This document shows positions 41,414-49,803 of a stretch of DNA of 64,000 nucleotides, piece by piece. The notes under the pieces are model-generated. The model did not search any database, was not told the DNA's origin, and saw only the letters and a list, made by a program, of their open reading frames with translations. The stretch comes from Pirellulales bacterium. GTDB lineage: Bacteria; Planctomycetota; Planctomycetia; Pirellulales; Lacipirellulaceae. Both the position numbers and the translations under genes were made by a program. How positions within the stretch are numbered: position 1 is the stretch's first letter; each line of letters opens with the position of its first letter. Location of the stretch: assembly GCA_963733825.1 (NCBI GenBank), contig CAVTEK010000016.1, positions 29,791 to 93,790 on the forward strand, in the 5' to 3' direction.

Positions 41414-41662
41414 GGCAGTTGGCCTCGAATGGAGTTCGAAGGAACAGACGGAGCGACGCGTTCGCCTCCTCCGCGTGGTGGCCAACTCATGCCCGGAAGA
41501 CACCGCCCAACGGGCGGCCCAGACTCTCCTTCCACCGGTATCAAGTTTCGCATAGAATTCTGCCTCTTTCAAGTGTTTCTGGATTCGAAGCTGAAGTCGC
41601 CCGACACCGGTCAAACCTGCCCCAGTCGGAATTCATGGGAATTCCGCTATCAACGAATTGTC

Positions 41663-42922
41663 ATGAGCAAGAATCGCTACCTCGATGCTGCCCGCAAGTA
41701 TGAAAAGCCGATGGTCCGCTTCCTCCGCGACATGGTCGCGATCCCGTCCGAATCGGCCGAGGAGGGGCCCGTCATCGCGCGGATTCGGCAGGAAATGGAA
41801 TCAACCGGGGCGTTCGACAAGATCTGGACAGATGGTTTGGGCAATCTATTAGGCCAGGTCGGCAAGCCCGGACGTGGCAAGAAGCTGATCGCCATTGATG
41901 CCCACGTCGATACCGTTGGCGTCGGCGAGCGCAGCGAATGGAAACACGACCCTTACAAAGGCAAAGTCGAGGGCGGGAAAGTTTGGGGCCGCGGGGCAGG
42001 GGACCAGGAGGGGGCCATTCCCGCGATGGTCTATGCGGCCAAGATTCTCCGCGATCTCAAGGTCGATCTGTCCGAGTTTTCGCTGCTCACCACCTTCACC
42101 GTGATGGAAGAAGATTGCGACGGGTTGTGCTGGCAATACATCGTCAACGAAGACAAGATTCGCCCGGATGTCGTGGTGGTGACGGATTCGACCGATTGCA
42201 AAATCCTGCGCGGGCAGCGCGGCCGGATGGAGATTGGCGTCACGTGCCTGGGTAAGTCGTGTCACGGGTCGATGCCCGAGAAGGGCGACAACGCGGTCTA
42301 CAAGATTGCCAAGGTCGTGCGCGAGATCGAGGCGCTCAACACGCGACTCAAGGGCGACGAGTTCTTGGGCAAGGGCACGATCACGGTCAGTTACATCGAT
42401 TGCAAGACGCCCAGCTTGTGTGCGGTGCCGGGGCAAGCGTATATCCATCTCGATCGCCGACTCACGGTCGGCGACACGAAAAAATCGGCCGTCGCCGAAG
42501 TGAAGGACGCCGTGAAACGTGCCGGTGTCAATGCCAAGGTCGAAGTGCTTCGCTATGCGCGGCCAAGTTACACCGGCCTCACCTACGAGACGGAAAAGTA
42601 CTTCCCGATGTGGTGCGAGGCCGAGGATTCGCTGCCAGTGCGGGCGGCTGTGAAGGCGCATCACGAAACGCTGGGCAAGCCGCCGATCGTTCATCGGTGG
42701 ACGTTCAGTACGAATGCGGTTTCGATCGACGGTATGTTCGGCATCCCGTGCGTGGGGTTCGGTCCGGCGGCCGAAAGCGTGGCCCATACTGTCAATGATT
42801 CGGTGCCGATCGAGCACCTGGTGAACTGCGCGGCGTTCTACGCGGGCTTTGGCCCAGCGTATTGCGAACTGGCGGCCGGTCGTCGTAATGGCAAGGCTTT
42901 GAAGATTAAACGGATGAAATAG
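41663..42922 (+). CDS. ygeY: YgeY-like M20/DapE-family metallopeptidase/deacylase
   Basis: ATG 41663. MSKNRYLDAARKYEKPMVRFLRDMVAIPSES, AIDAHVDTVG, GRGAGDQEG, MEEDCDG. The ORF-track start at 41162 is an upstream extension. Confidence 0.82.
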   Translation: MSKNRYLDAARKYEKPMVRFLRDMVAIPSESAEEGPVIARIRQEMESTGAFDKIWTDGLGNLLGQVGKPGRGKKLIAIDAHVDTVGVGERSEWKHDPYKGKVEGGKVWGRGAGDQEGAIPAMVYAAKILRDLKVDLSEFSLLTTFTVMEEDCDGLCWQYIVNEDKIRPDVVVVTDSTDCKILRGQRGRMEIGVTCLGKSCHGSMPEKGDNAVYKIAKVVREIEALNTRLKGDEFLGKGTITVSYIDCKTPSLCAVPGQAYIHLDRRLTVGDTKKSAVAEVKDAVKRAGVNAKVEVLRYARPSYTGLTYETEKYFPMWCEAEDSLPVRAAVKAHHETLGKPPIVHRWTFSTNAVSIDGMFGIPCVGFGPAAESVAHTVNDSVPIEHLVNCAAFYAGFGPAYCELAAGRRNGKALKIKRMK

Positions 42923-42924
42923 TC

Positions 42925-43000
42925 TTACCACGACGGCACTACGAGCACGACGAAGAAACCGTTTTTTTTTGCGTTGTGTTCTTCGTGCCGTCGTGGTTAA
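42925..43000. repeat. Word hairpin (CACGACGG-type words) with a T9 loop between the ygeY-like and ygeW-like genes
   Basis: ttaccacgacggcactacgagcacgacgaagaa (42925-42957), then ttcttcgtgccgtcgtggttaa (42979-43000). Confidence 0.75.
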
Positions 43001-43026
43001 TGTTTTAAGAATTAGCGAGATAGAAC

Positions 43027-44058
43027 ATGACAAGCCTGAAGGGAAAGGATTACATCGAAACTCAAGACCTGAGCGACCACGAGCTTGGGTTGTTGCTTGA
43101 TACAGCGACGGACCTTAAGAAAAAGTATCACCGCGGCGAACCGACATTATTGTTGCCGCACCAGACGGCGTTTCTGTTGTTCTTTGATAAATCGACACGC
43201 ACGCGCAACGCCTTTGAAGCCGGAATGACGCAGCTTGGCGGGCATGCGCATTTCCTGGATTCCGACGCCACGCAAATCAGCCACGGCGAAACGCCCGAGG
43301 ACACCGGTAAGATTTTGGCCGCGATGGGCCACGGAATTTGCGTCCGGCACGACCTGGTGCTCAACGAGGGCAACAGTTACATGCGCAAGATGGCCGAGGC
43401 CGCGAACGTGCCGATTATCAACATGCAGTGCGACGTCGATCACCCGACGCAGACGCTGGCCGATATCATGACAATCCGCGAGAAATTCGGCACCAATCTG
43501 AAGGGTCTCAAGATAGCCGTGAGCTGGGCGTTCGCGCCGTCATACGCCAAGCCGCTGAGCGTGCCGCAGGGTCTGATCACGCTGATGACGCGGTTCGGGA
43601 TGAATGTTTCGCTTGCCCACCCGCCCGGTTATAAGTTGATCGATCGCACGGTCGCGGCCGCCAAATCGAACGCGGCCAAGAGCGGCGGCAAGTTCGACAT
43701 CGTCGATGATATGGATGCGGCGTTCAAGGATGCCGATATCGTTTATCCGAAAAGCTGGGGCGTGTACGACCTGATGCTGGCCCGGCAGCAGGCGAAGACG
43801 AAGGAAGAAGTAGCCGCCAACCAGCGTGAGTGCCTGGCCGTGAATGCGAAGTACAAGAACTGGATCTGCGACGAGAACCGGATGAAGCTCGCCAAAAAAT
43901 CGGCCGTTTACATGCACTGCCTGCCGGCCGATCGCGGCTCGGAGGTGACCGATGCCGTGATCGACGGCCCGCAATCAATCGTATTCCACGAAGCCGAGAA
44001 TCGGCTGCACACGGCCAAGGCGATCATGGCCTGCACGATGCGCGAAAGACCGTTCTAA
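43027..44058 (+). CDS. ygeW: Carbamoyltransferase of the ATCase/OTCase superfamily, YgeW-like branch
   Basis: FDKSTRTRNAFE (STRTR), DVDHPTQTLAD (HPxQ), HCLPADRG. YPKSWG replaces the ornithine-binding SMG motif. Context: next to ygeY-like and carbamate kinase genes. Confidence 0.75.
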   Translation: MTSLKGKDYIETQDLSDHELGLLLDTATDLKKKYHRGEPTLLLPHQTAFLLFFDKSTRTRNAFEAGMTQLGGHAHFLDSDATQISHGETPEDTGKILAAMGHGICVRHDLVLNEGNSYMRKMAEAANVPIINMQCDVDHPTQTLADIMTIREKFGTNLKGLKIAVSWAFAPSYAKPLSVPQGLITLMTRFGMNVSLAHPPGYKLIDRTVAAAKSNAAKSGGKFDIVDDMDAAFKDADIVYPKSWGVYDLMLARQQAKTKEEVAANQRECLAVNAKYKNWICDENRMKLAKKSAVYMHCLPADRGSEVTDAVIDGPQSIVFHEAENRLHTAKAIMACTMRERPF

Positions 44059-44062
44059 GGAA

Positions 44063-44145
44063 AGGATGCAGGATGCGGGATGCAGGGGGCAGGGAATCCA
44101 ACGAATGTCTTGTCCCCGCCCCCCGCATCCTGCATCCCGCATCCT
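44063..44145. repeat. Word hairpin: three GGATGCR heptamers and three inverted copies
   Basis: aggatgcaggatgcgggatgcagggggcaggg (44063-44094), 19-nt spacer, ccccgccccccgcatcctgcatcccgcatcct (44114-44145). Confidence 0.85.
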
Positions 44146-44155
44146 CTGATCTAAC

Positions 44156-45148
44156 ATGTCCGACGCACGCAAACGCCTCGTTGTTGCCCTCGGCGGAAAC
44201 GCCATCAGTGCGCCCGGCAGAGTCGGCGACATTGACGAGCAGTTCGCTCAGGTAAGTAAGACAGCCGAAGTTCTTTGCGACGCGATCGAGCGCGGTTACC
44301 AGCTCATCGTCACGCACGGCAATGGCCCACAGGTGGGCAATATTTTGCGGCGCGTCGAGTTGGCGCGGAGTGAGCTCTATCCGATTCCGCTGGAGGTTTG
44401 CGTGGCCGATACGCAAGCCGGCATGGGGTACATGATCGCCCAGTGCCTGTCGAACGCGATGAATCGGCGTAACCTTACGTGCGACGTGACCGCCGTCGTG
44501 ACAACCGTGCTGGTCGATGCCGATGACCCGGCGTTTGGTGACCCGAACAAGGCGATTGGACCGGTGCTTACCGAAGCGCAGGCGGAAACTCATCGCACGA
44601 AGGACGGCTGGCAGGTCCGCGACGAAGGGAAGGGTCGATTCCGGCGAGTGGTTCCATCGCCGGTGCCGCGCAAGATCATCGAAATGCCGGCGATCGATCG
44701 GCTCGTGGACACGGGGCAGATCGTCGTCTGTTGCGGCGGCGGTGGCATTCCGGTGGCCGTCGATTCGAAGGGACGCGTCCGCGGAGTCGCGGCCGTGATC
44801 GACAAGGACCGCACGACCGGCCTGTTGGCCCGACATCTTCAAGCGCCAACGCTCGTCATTCTCACGGCAGTTGAGTATGCGTGCATCAACTTTGGTCAAC
44901 CAAACGAACAGCGTTTGGAGCAAATCTCAGCCGACGACGCTCAAATCCACTTAAACGCCGGCCAATTCGGCGCCGGCTCGATGCGCCCCAAGGTCGAAAC
45001 AGCGATTGACTTTGTCCGCCGTTCGCCCCACGCCGATGCCGTGGCCATCATCGCCCACGTCAACCGCTTCGCCGACGCGCTCGACGGCAAGAGTGGAACA
45101 CGAATAGTTGCCAGCGGGTTTAGCCCCCGGTCAATGACCGGGGGCTAA
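44156..45148 (+). CDS. arcC: Carbamate kinase
   Basis: 330 aa. RLVVALGGNAI, IVTHGNGPQVG, VVCCGGGGIPV. Confidence 0.9.
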   Translation: MSDARKRLVVALGGNAISAPGRVGDIDEQFAQVSKTAEVLCDAIERGYQLIVTHGNGPQVGNILRRVELARSELYPIPLEVCVADTQAGMGYMIAQCLSNAMNRRNLTCDVTAVVTTVLVDADDPAFGDPNKAIGPVLTEAQAETHRTKDGWQVRDEGKGRFRRVVPSPVPRKIIEMPAIDRLVDTGQIVVCCGGGGIPVAVDSKGRVRGVAAVIDKDRTTGLLARHLQAPTLVILTAVEYACINFGQPNEQRLEQISADDAQIHLNAGQFGAGSMRPKVETAIDFVRRSPHADAVAIIAHVNRFADALDGKSGTRIVASGFSPRSMTGG

Positions 45149-46498
45149 GTGCCTGTCCCACGGCCGTTCATTCTTGGTTAAGAAGAAATCGCCGCCATGC
45201 GTTCGTGGAGTGCGCGGCGCCACTTCGACCGATCGGCCGCGGATTGCGGCTTCGTCGCAGGTGACGACGTGGCCCTTTCGCATCACCCACCAACCCGCGA
45301 TCATGACGTCGCGCACGAATTCGGGCCCCATGGCGAAGAGAAAGTGCCCGGCCAGATTATCGGCGGTCAGCGGCGTGGCGGGGCGGTAATTCGTCAGAAC
45401 GAGATCGGCGGCCGCGCCGGGTTCGAGTACGCCAAGCTTTACGCCGAGACATTTGGACGCAAAACGGGCCGATTGGCCGAGCATTTGGAGCGACTGGCCG
45501 AACGGAATTGGTATTCCCGCATCGTGGCTCTTGAACTCGGCGATTCGCGCTTCTCGCCACATGTCGGCACCGATGCCGTCGGTACCCAGTTGTGGTGGCC
45601 GCGCGAACTTGGCCACCGGCGCGTAGCCGACGCCGTTATTCATATTCGAATTGGGATTATGAGCCAACGAGATAGCGTGCCGCTCGTTGATGGCAGCGAC
45701 GTCGGCGTCCGAGAGATGCGTTCCGTGAGCGAGAATCGAGCCGGGCAATTCCAGGAGACCAACTCGGTTGAATCGCTCGACAAGGCCGGCTCCGAATCGT
45801 TCGCGGGTAACGCGCTCATCGACTGGATCCTCGGCTGCGTGGATGTGGACGCCTACGCCAAGCGTCCGAGCCAGATCGACGCAACCAGCTAGCGATTCTT
45901 CTTCCATCGTGAAGCTGGCATGGGCACCGACCATGCCAGCGAAGTTCCCGCCTGCGCGGCGTTGGCATTCGCGAATGTAACGTTCGTTTTCCGCCAGGCC
46001 TTCTTTTGCTTCATTCGGCCGATTGCGATCGGTGACTTCATAGCACATAACAGCTCGACATCCGACGGCGGCAACGCCGTTTTCAATCGCGGTGAGACTA
46101 CCCCCGATGGCATCTGGCGAGGCATGGTGATCGATCAGCGATGTCGTGCCACACCGCACCGCGGCGAGCGCGCCGACGAGACCACTCATTTCGATGCTTT
46201 CCAGCGTGTGCGCCCGATCCAGCCTCCACCAGATGAACTGCAGGATCTCGAGAAAATTCCGCGGTTGCCGCGTCGGCGCTGGCATCCCGGCCGCCAGCGC
46301 CGAGTACAAATGCGTGTGGCCATTTACCAATCCCGGCATCAAAACCGTGCCGCCGCAATCTACAGTTTCGTCGCCGGCCTCCGCAGAAGCTTGCGGCCCG
46401 ACCGCAACAATCCTACCATCGGCCGCGCGCAGATTTCCCGCATCCGCTCGCGGCGGGTCGAGCTGAACGAGCAACGCATCGCGGAAAAAAGTTGCCAT
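45131..46498 (-). CDS. ssnA: SsnA-like amidohydrolase (chlorohydrolase/aminohydrolase family)
   Basis: 455 aa. PGLVNGHTHLYSALA (HxH metal site), HIHAAED, LAHGTHL, GTDG. The 3' end overlaps the arcC 3' end by 18 nt. Confidence 0.8.
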   Translation of the reverse strand: MATFFRDALLVQLDPPRADAGNLRAADGRIVAVGPQASAEAGDETVDCGGTVLMPGLVNGHTHLYSALAAGMPAPTRQPRNFLEILQFIWWRLDRAHTLESIEMSGLVGALAAVRCGTTSLIDHHASPDAIGGSLTAIENGVAAVGCRAVMCYEVTDRNRPNEAKEGLAENERYIRECQRRAGGNFAGMVGAHASFTMEEESLAGCVDLARTLGVGVHIHAAEDPVDERVTRERFGAGLVERFNRVGLLELPGSILAHGTHLSDADVAAINERHAISLAHNPNSNMNNGVGYAPVAKFARPPQLGTDGIGADMWREARIAEFKSHDAGIPIPFGQSLQMLGQSARFASKCLGVKLGVLEPGAAADLVLTNYRPATPLTADNLAGHFLFAMGPEFVRDVMIAGWWVMRKGHVVTCDEAAIRGRSVEVAPRTPRTHGGDFFLTKNERPWDRHLAPGH

Positions 46499-46507
46499 CA
46501 GAAGGTT

Positions 46508-46746
46508 TTACCACGGAGGGCACGGAGGCAGAAATAATCCAAAATGCAAAGTGTTCAATGTATTCATTTTGCATTTGTCACTGAACATTTTGCATTTTGC
46601 ATTCTCCTATTGATCCCTGCGCAGCTAAAGAACACGGTCTGGCTGAAAGCTGACGGCTGATAGCTGACAGCCGAACTTGAACGAGGCTCATTGGCTGCGC
46701 AGTTCTCAATAAGTCTTCTCCGTGCCCTCCGCGCACTCTGTGGTAA
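46508..46746. repeat. Nested inverted-repeat element (~240 nt) filling the PLP-enzyme/ssnA intergenic gap
   Basis: Outer arms ttaccacggagggcacggag (46508-46527) and ctccgtgccctccgcgcactctgtggtaa (46718-46746). Inner AATGCAA-word hairpin (46541-46600) and GCTGAxA words (46641-46672). Confidence 0.7.
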
Positions 46747-46759
46747 AAAGAAGCGTTTG

Positions 46760-48235
46760 TCAAAGTAGGTCCAGCACACCGGTACGGGAGTTGAAAGCGC
46801 TGATGTGTTCGTCCCATTCATCGACTTGAGAAAATGTTCGCTCCCAGAACTCAGGTTGCCAAAGCTCGCGCAGCTCATCGGATGTGCGGCCTTGCTGTTC
46901 GACCCAGGTGAAATACTTGAAGTTGTGCAGCGCCTTGCGGTCGTGGTAGTTCAACTCGCGAAGGTGATCGGTGACAATTCCGTCCAGATAGCGAGCCTGA
47001 TCATATCCAGCGCGTTCGTCCGAATAGCGACCGTACTGATCGGAAAGTTCTTTCAGTCGGCTCGCGTACAGGCCGGCCGAGTCGGTGAGGCAAGTGAAGA
47101 TGACGTCCCGACCATCCAGGTCGTAATACTTGGCCGTTTTGATTGCCGCTACCAGGTTGCAGATGCCGGAGATGCCCACCTGCGGCAGTTTGTGGATTAA
47201 ATCATCGCCGACGGTGTGATTAAGATGGGTTTGTCCGGCCGGCTCGTTGAACAAGCGCAACAAAGCCATACATTGCTCATCGTCGATCGCTGCCACCATA
47301 TCGGTATTGCGCACGTTGTGGATCCACGGCACGTGTTTGTCGCCGATGCCTTCGATGCGGTGTCCGCCGAAGCCGAGTTGATACAGCGTCGGACACTGTT
47401 GCGCCTCGGTAGCGACCACGCGCACTTGCGGATGCACGGTCCGCAAAAAATCGCCCGCCGCGATCGTGCCTGCGCTGCCGGTGGCCGATACGTATCCGGC
47501 CAAGCGCACGTCCGTGCCGAGAGAATGAAAGATTTCATCGATTGTCTTACCGGTCACGTGGTAGTGCCACACCGAGTTGCCGAATTCTTCGAACTGATTG
47601 AAGATGACGCAATCGGGCCGCGTGCGGCGGATTTCCCAGCACTTGTCGTAAATCTCTTTGACGTTCGATTCGCAGCCCGGCGTCGGAATGACTTCTGCTC
47701 CAATATCCTTCAGCCAGGCGAACCGCTCTTTGCTCATTTCTTCCGGCAGAATTGCCACGGCCGTGCAACCGACGAGGGCCGAGTCGAATGCGCCGCCGCG
47801 GCAGAAATTGCCCGTGCTCGGCCAAACGGCCTTGTTTTGTGTCGGATCGAACTGCCCGCTGACGAGCTTGGGCACGAGGCAGCCGAACGCCGCGCCCACT
47901 TTGTGCGCGCCCGTCGGAAAAAACTTGCCCACCAGACCGATGATCCGTGCATCGACGCCGGTAAGCGCCGAGGGAAATTCGATCCAATTGCCCTCGTTAA
48001 ACAGCCCGCCGCGCTCGACTGGCTCATTCTTCCACGTGATCCGGAACAGGTTGGCCGGATCAACGTCCCACAAACCGACGTTTTTGAGCCGCCGCTTGAT
48101 TTTTTCCGGCGTGCTGCCGGGATCGCGCATCTGCGCGAAAGTTGGCAGCAGGATTTTTCGTTCGCGAAATCGCTCAATAGTTCGCGACAATACCATCTCA
48201 TCAACTTGCATTACCTTTTCCAATTCTGAAAACAA
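46760..48235 (-). CDS. Fold-type II (Trp-synthase-beta / cysteine-synthase-like) PLP-dependent enzyme with ~130-aa C-terminal extension
   Basis: 491-aa ORF (TTG 48235; alternative ATG 48211). FFPTGAHKVGAAFGCL (PLP-Lys context), SATGSAGTIAAG (phosphate loop). Confidence 0.75.
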   Translation of the reverse strand: MFSELEKVMQVDEMVLSRTIERFRERKILLPTFAQMRDPGSTPEKIKRRLKNVGLWDVDPANLFRITWKNEPVERGGLFNEGNWIEFPSALTGVDARIIGLVGKFFPTGAHKVGAAFGCLVPKLVSGQFDPTQNKAVWPSTGNFCRGGAFDSALVGCTAVAILPEEMSKERFAWLKDIGAEVIPTPGCESNVKEIYDKCWEIRRTRPDCVIFNQFEEFGNSVWHYHVTGKTIDEIFHSLGTDVRLAGYVSATGSAGTIAAGDFLRTVHPQVRVVATEAQQCPTLYQLGFGGHRIEGIGDKHVPWIHNVRNTDMVAAIDDEQCMALLRLFNEPAGQTHLNHTVGDDLIHKLPQVGISGICNLVAAIKTAKYYDLDGRDVIFTCLTDSAGLYASRLKELSDQYGRYSDERAGYDQARYLDGIVTDHLRELNYHDRKALHNFKYFTWVEQQGRTSDELRELWQPEFWERTFSQVDEWDEHISAFNSRTGVLDLL

Positions 48236-48242
48236 TTCATTA

Positions 48243-48311
48243 TCACGCAGAGGCGCAGAGACCGCTGAGAAATTCGAATCAGGAACTCTGCGACTCCGCG
48301 CCTCTGCGTGA
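48243..48311. repeat. Inverted repeat TCACGCAGAGGCGC(AGAG) / (CTCTGCG..)GCGCCTCTGCGTGA
   Basis: Arms at 48243-48260 and 48286-48311. The right arm encodes the last ~10 codons of the ThrC-like gene. Confidence 0.75.
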
Positions 48312-49562
48312 GACCTTTAATGCTTCTTCCACTGCGGCCAACGTTGGTTCGATTGAGATCGGCTTCCCCGCGGCGCGGATGGCGTTTTTCGTATCCTTCA
48401 ATCCACTGCCGGTGATCATGACAAGCACCCGGTCGTTTGGCCCAATGCTTTTCGCATCGATTGCGGCGACCACCCCGGCCAGGGCGGCGGCGGCGGCTGG
48501 TTCGGCAAAAACGCCGTGCCGGCCGGCAAGTCGCATTGCGTCCAAAATCGCATCATCGCCGGCGGTGACAAGTAAACCTTCCGCCTCCTGGATTGCGCGA
48601 ACTGCCTTTCGCCAGTTTCGCGGCACGTGAACATCGATGCTGTCGGCAATCGTTTTTCCGTTGCCCGCCGGCGGCAACTGGTCGTGTTCCATTGCGTACT
48701 TGATTGGGGCAACCTCGGCCGCTTGTGCTGCCAACAGCCTCGGCAGCCGATCGATGAAGCCAAGCTCGTGCATCTGCTTCAGGCCCTTCCAGATGCCGGC
48801 GATCGTACACCCATCGCCGACGCTAACGGTGACCCAATCCGGAACTCCTGTATCGCGAGTTTGTTCGGCAATTTCCAGGCCCGCCGTTTTCTTGCCTTCC
48901 ACCAATACGGGATTGATGGCGCAATTACGATTGTACCAATCGAACTTGCGACATGCTTTTGAGCACAAATCGTACGCCGTGTCGTAAGACGACTTCACCG
49001 CAAACACGGTCGCGCCGAAAACCTGCAGTTGGGCCACCTTTGGCTCCGGCGCTGTCTGGGGCACGAAGATCTTCGCTGGCATTCCGGCTAGCGCGGCATG
49101 CCCGGCAAGGCTGCTGGCGGCGTTTCCCGTTGAAGCGCACGCAATTGTTTTCGCCCCTACTTGCAACGCATGAGCGACACCCACAGAACTTGCCCGATCT
49201 TTGAACGACGCGGTCGGATTGCGTCCTTCGTCTTTGAGCAGGATTTGTGCGATCCCCAAATGGCTGGCCAGCCGCTGCGAATCGATGATCGGCGTATAGC
49301 CGACCGGCCAGTCGTACCGCACCGCGCTCGATTCCAGCGGCAGCAGCTCCGCATATCGCCAGTGGTTCCGGGGCCGCTCGTTGAGAGGCTTCGCCGCCCA
49401 AGCGGCTTTCACCCGATCGAGATTGTAGCCAACATCGAGAATGCCGTCCGCCGGCCCACACCGCGGACACGTCATCCAGGTCGCCTCGGCCGTTACCAGA
49501 TTGGCTCCCGGAAACGTGGACCCGCAGTGGGTGCAGGTTAGTTCGGTGATGAAGTTGGCCAT
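48279..49562 (-). CDS. Threonine synthase-family PLP enzyme with N-terminal zinc ribbon
   Basis: 427 aa. CTHCG..CPRCG, NPTASFKDRASSVG (ThrC PLP-Lys motif), ASTGNAASSLAGHAA. Confidence 0.82.
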   Translation of the reverse strand: MANFITELTCTHCGSTFPGANLVTAEATWMTCPRCGPADGILDVGYNLDRVKAAWAAKPLNERPRNHWRYAELLPLESSAVRYDWPVGYTPIIDSQRLASHLGIAQILLKDEGRNPTASFKDRASSVGVAHALQVGAKTIACASTGNAASSLAGHAALAGMPAKIFVPQTAPEPKVAQLQVFGATVFAVKSSYDTAYDLCSKACRKFDWYNRNCAINPVLVEGKKTAGLEIAEQTRDTGVPDWVTVSVGDGCTIAGIWKGLKQMHELGFIDRLPRLLAAQAAEVAPIKYAMEHDQLPPAGNGKTIADSIDVHVPRNWRKAVRAIQEAEGLLVTAGDDAILDAMRLAGRHGVFAEPAAAAALAGVVAAIDAKSIGPNDRVLVMITGSGLKDTKNAIRAAGKPISIEPTLAAVEEALKVSRRGAESQSS

Positions 49563-49648
49563 TGGTTAGTCTCTCTTCCGAATGTATCGGCGCTCGCCGA
49601 GGAAGCCAGAGTACGGCCGTGAGGTTATAATATGGGTTAGGATTAAGA

Positions 49649-49772
49649 TCTCACGTAAAGGCGCAAGGCGCGAAGGGATCGGAACTAAGAACGGAAGTTC
49701 AAGAGTGCGATGGATCCTTTGCATTTCAGCCTACTTATTTCGTACTTTGCGACTTAGCGCCTTTGCGTGAGA
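49649..49772. repeat. 124-nt element bounded by 16-nt inverted repeat TCTCACGYAAAGGCGC
   Basis: tctcacgtaaaggcgc (49649-49664) and gcgcctttgcgtgaga (49757-49772), one mismatch. Same consensus as the 48243-48311 element. Confidence 0.75.
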
Positions 49773-49803
49773 CTTCTCAGCGTCTCGACTTTCGTGCCTC
49801 TCC

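Noticed and set aside
45131-45148. 18-nt convergent overlap of the arcC and ssnA 3' ends as a possible antisense-regulation feature
   Set aside because: It is most simply explained by a slightly extended stop-poor tail of the ssnA-like ORF. No structure or motif supports a regulatory role.
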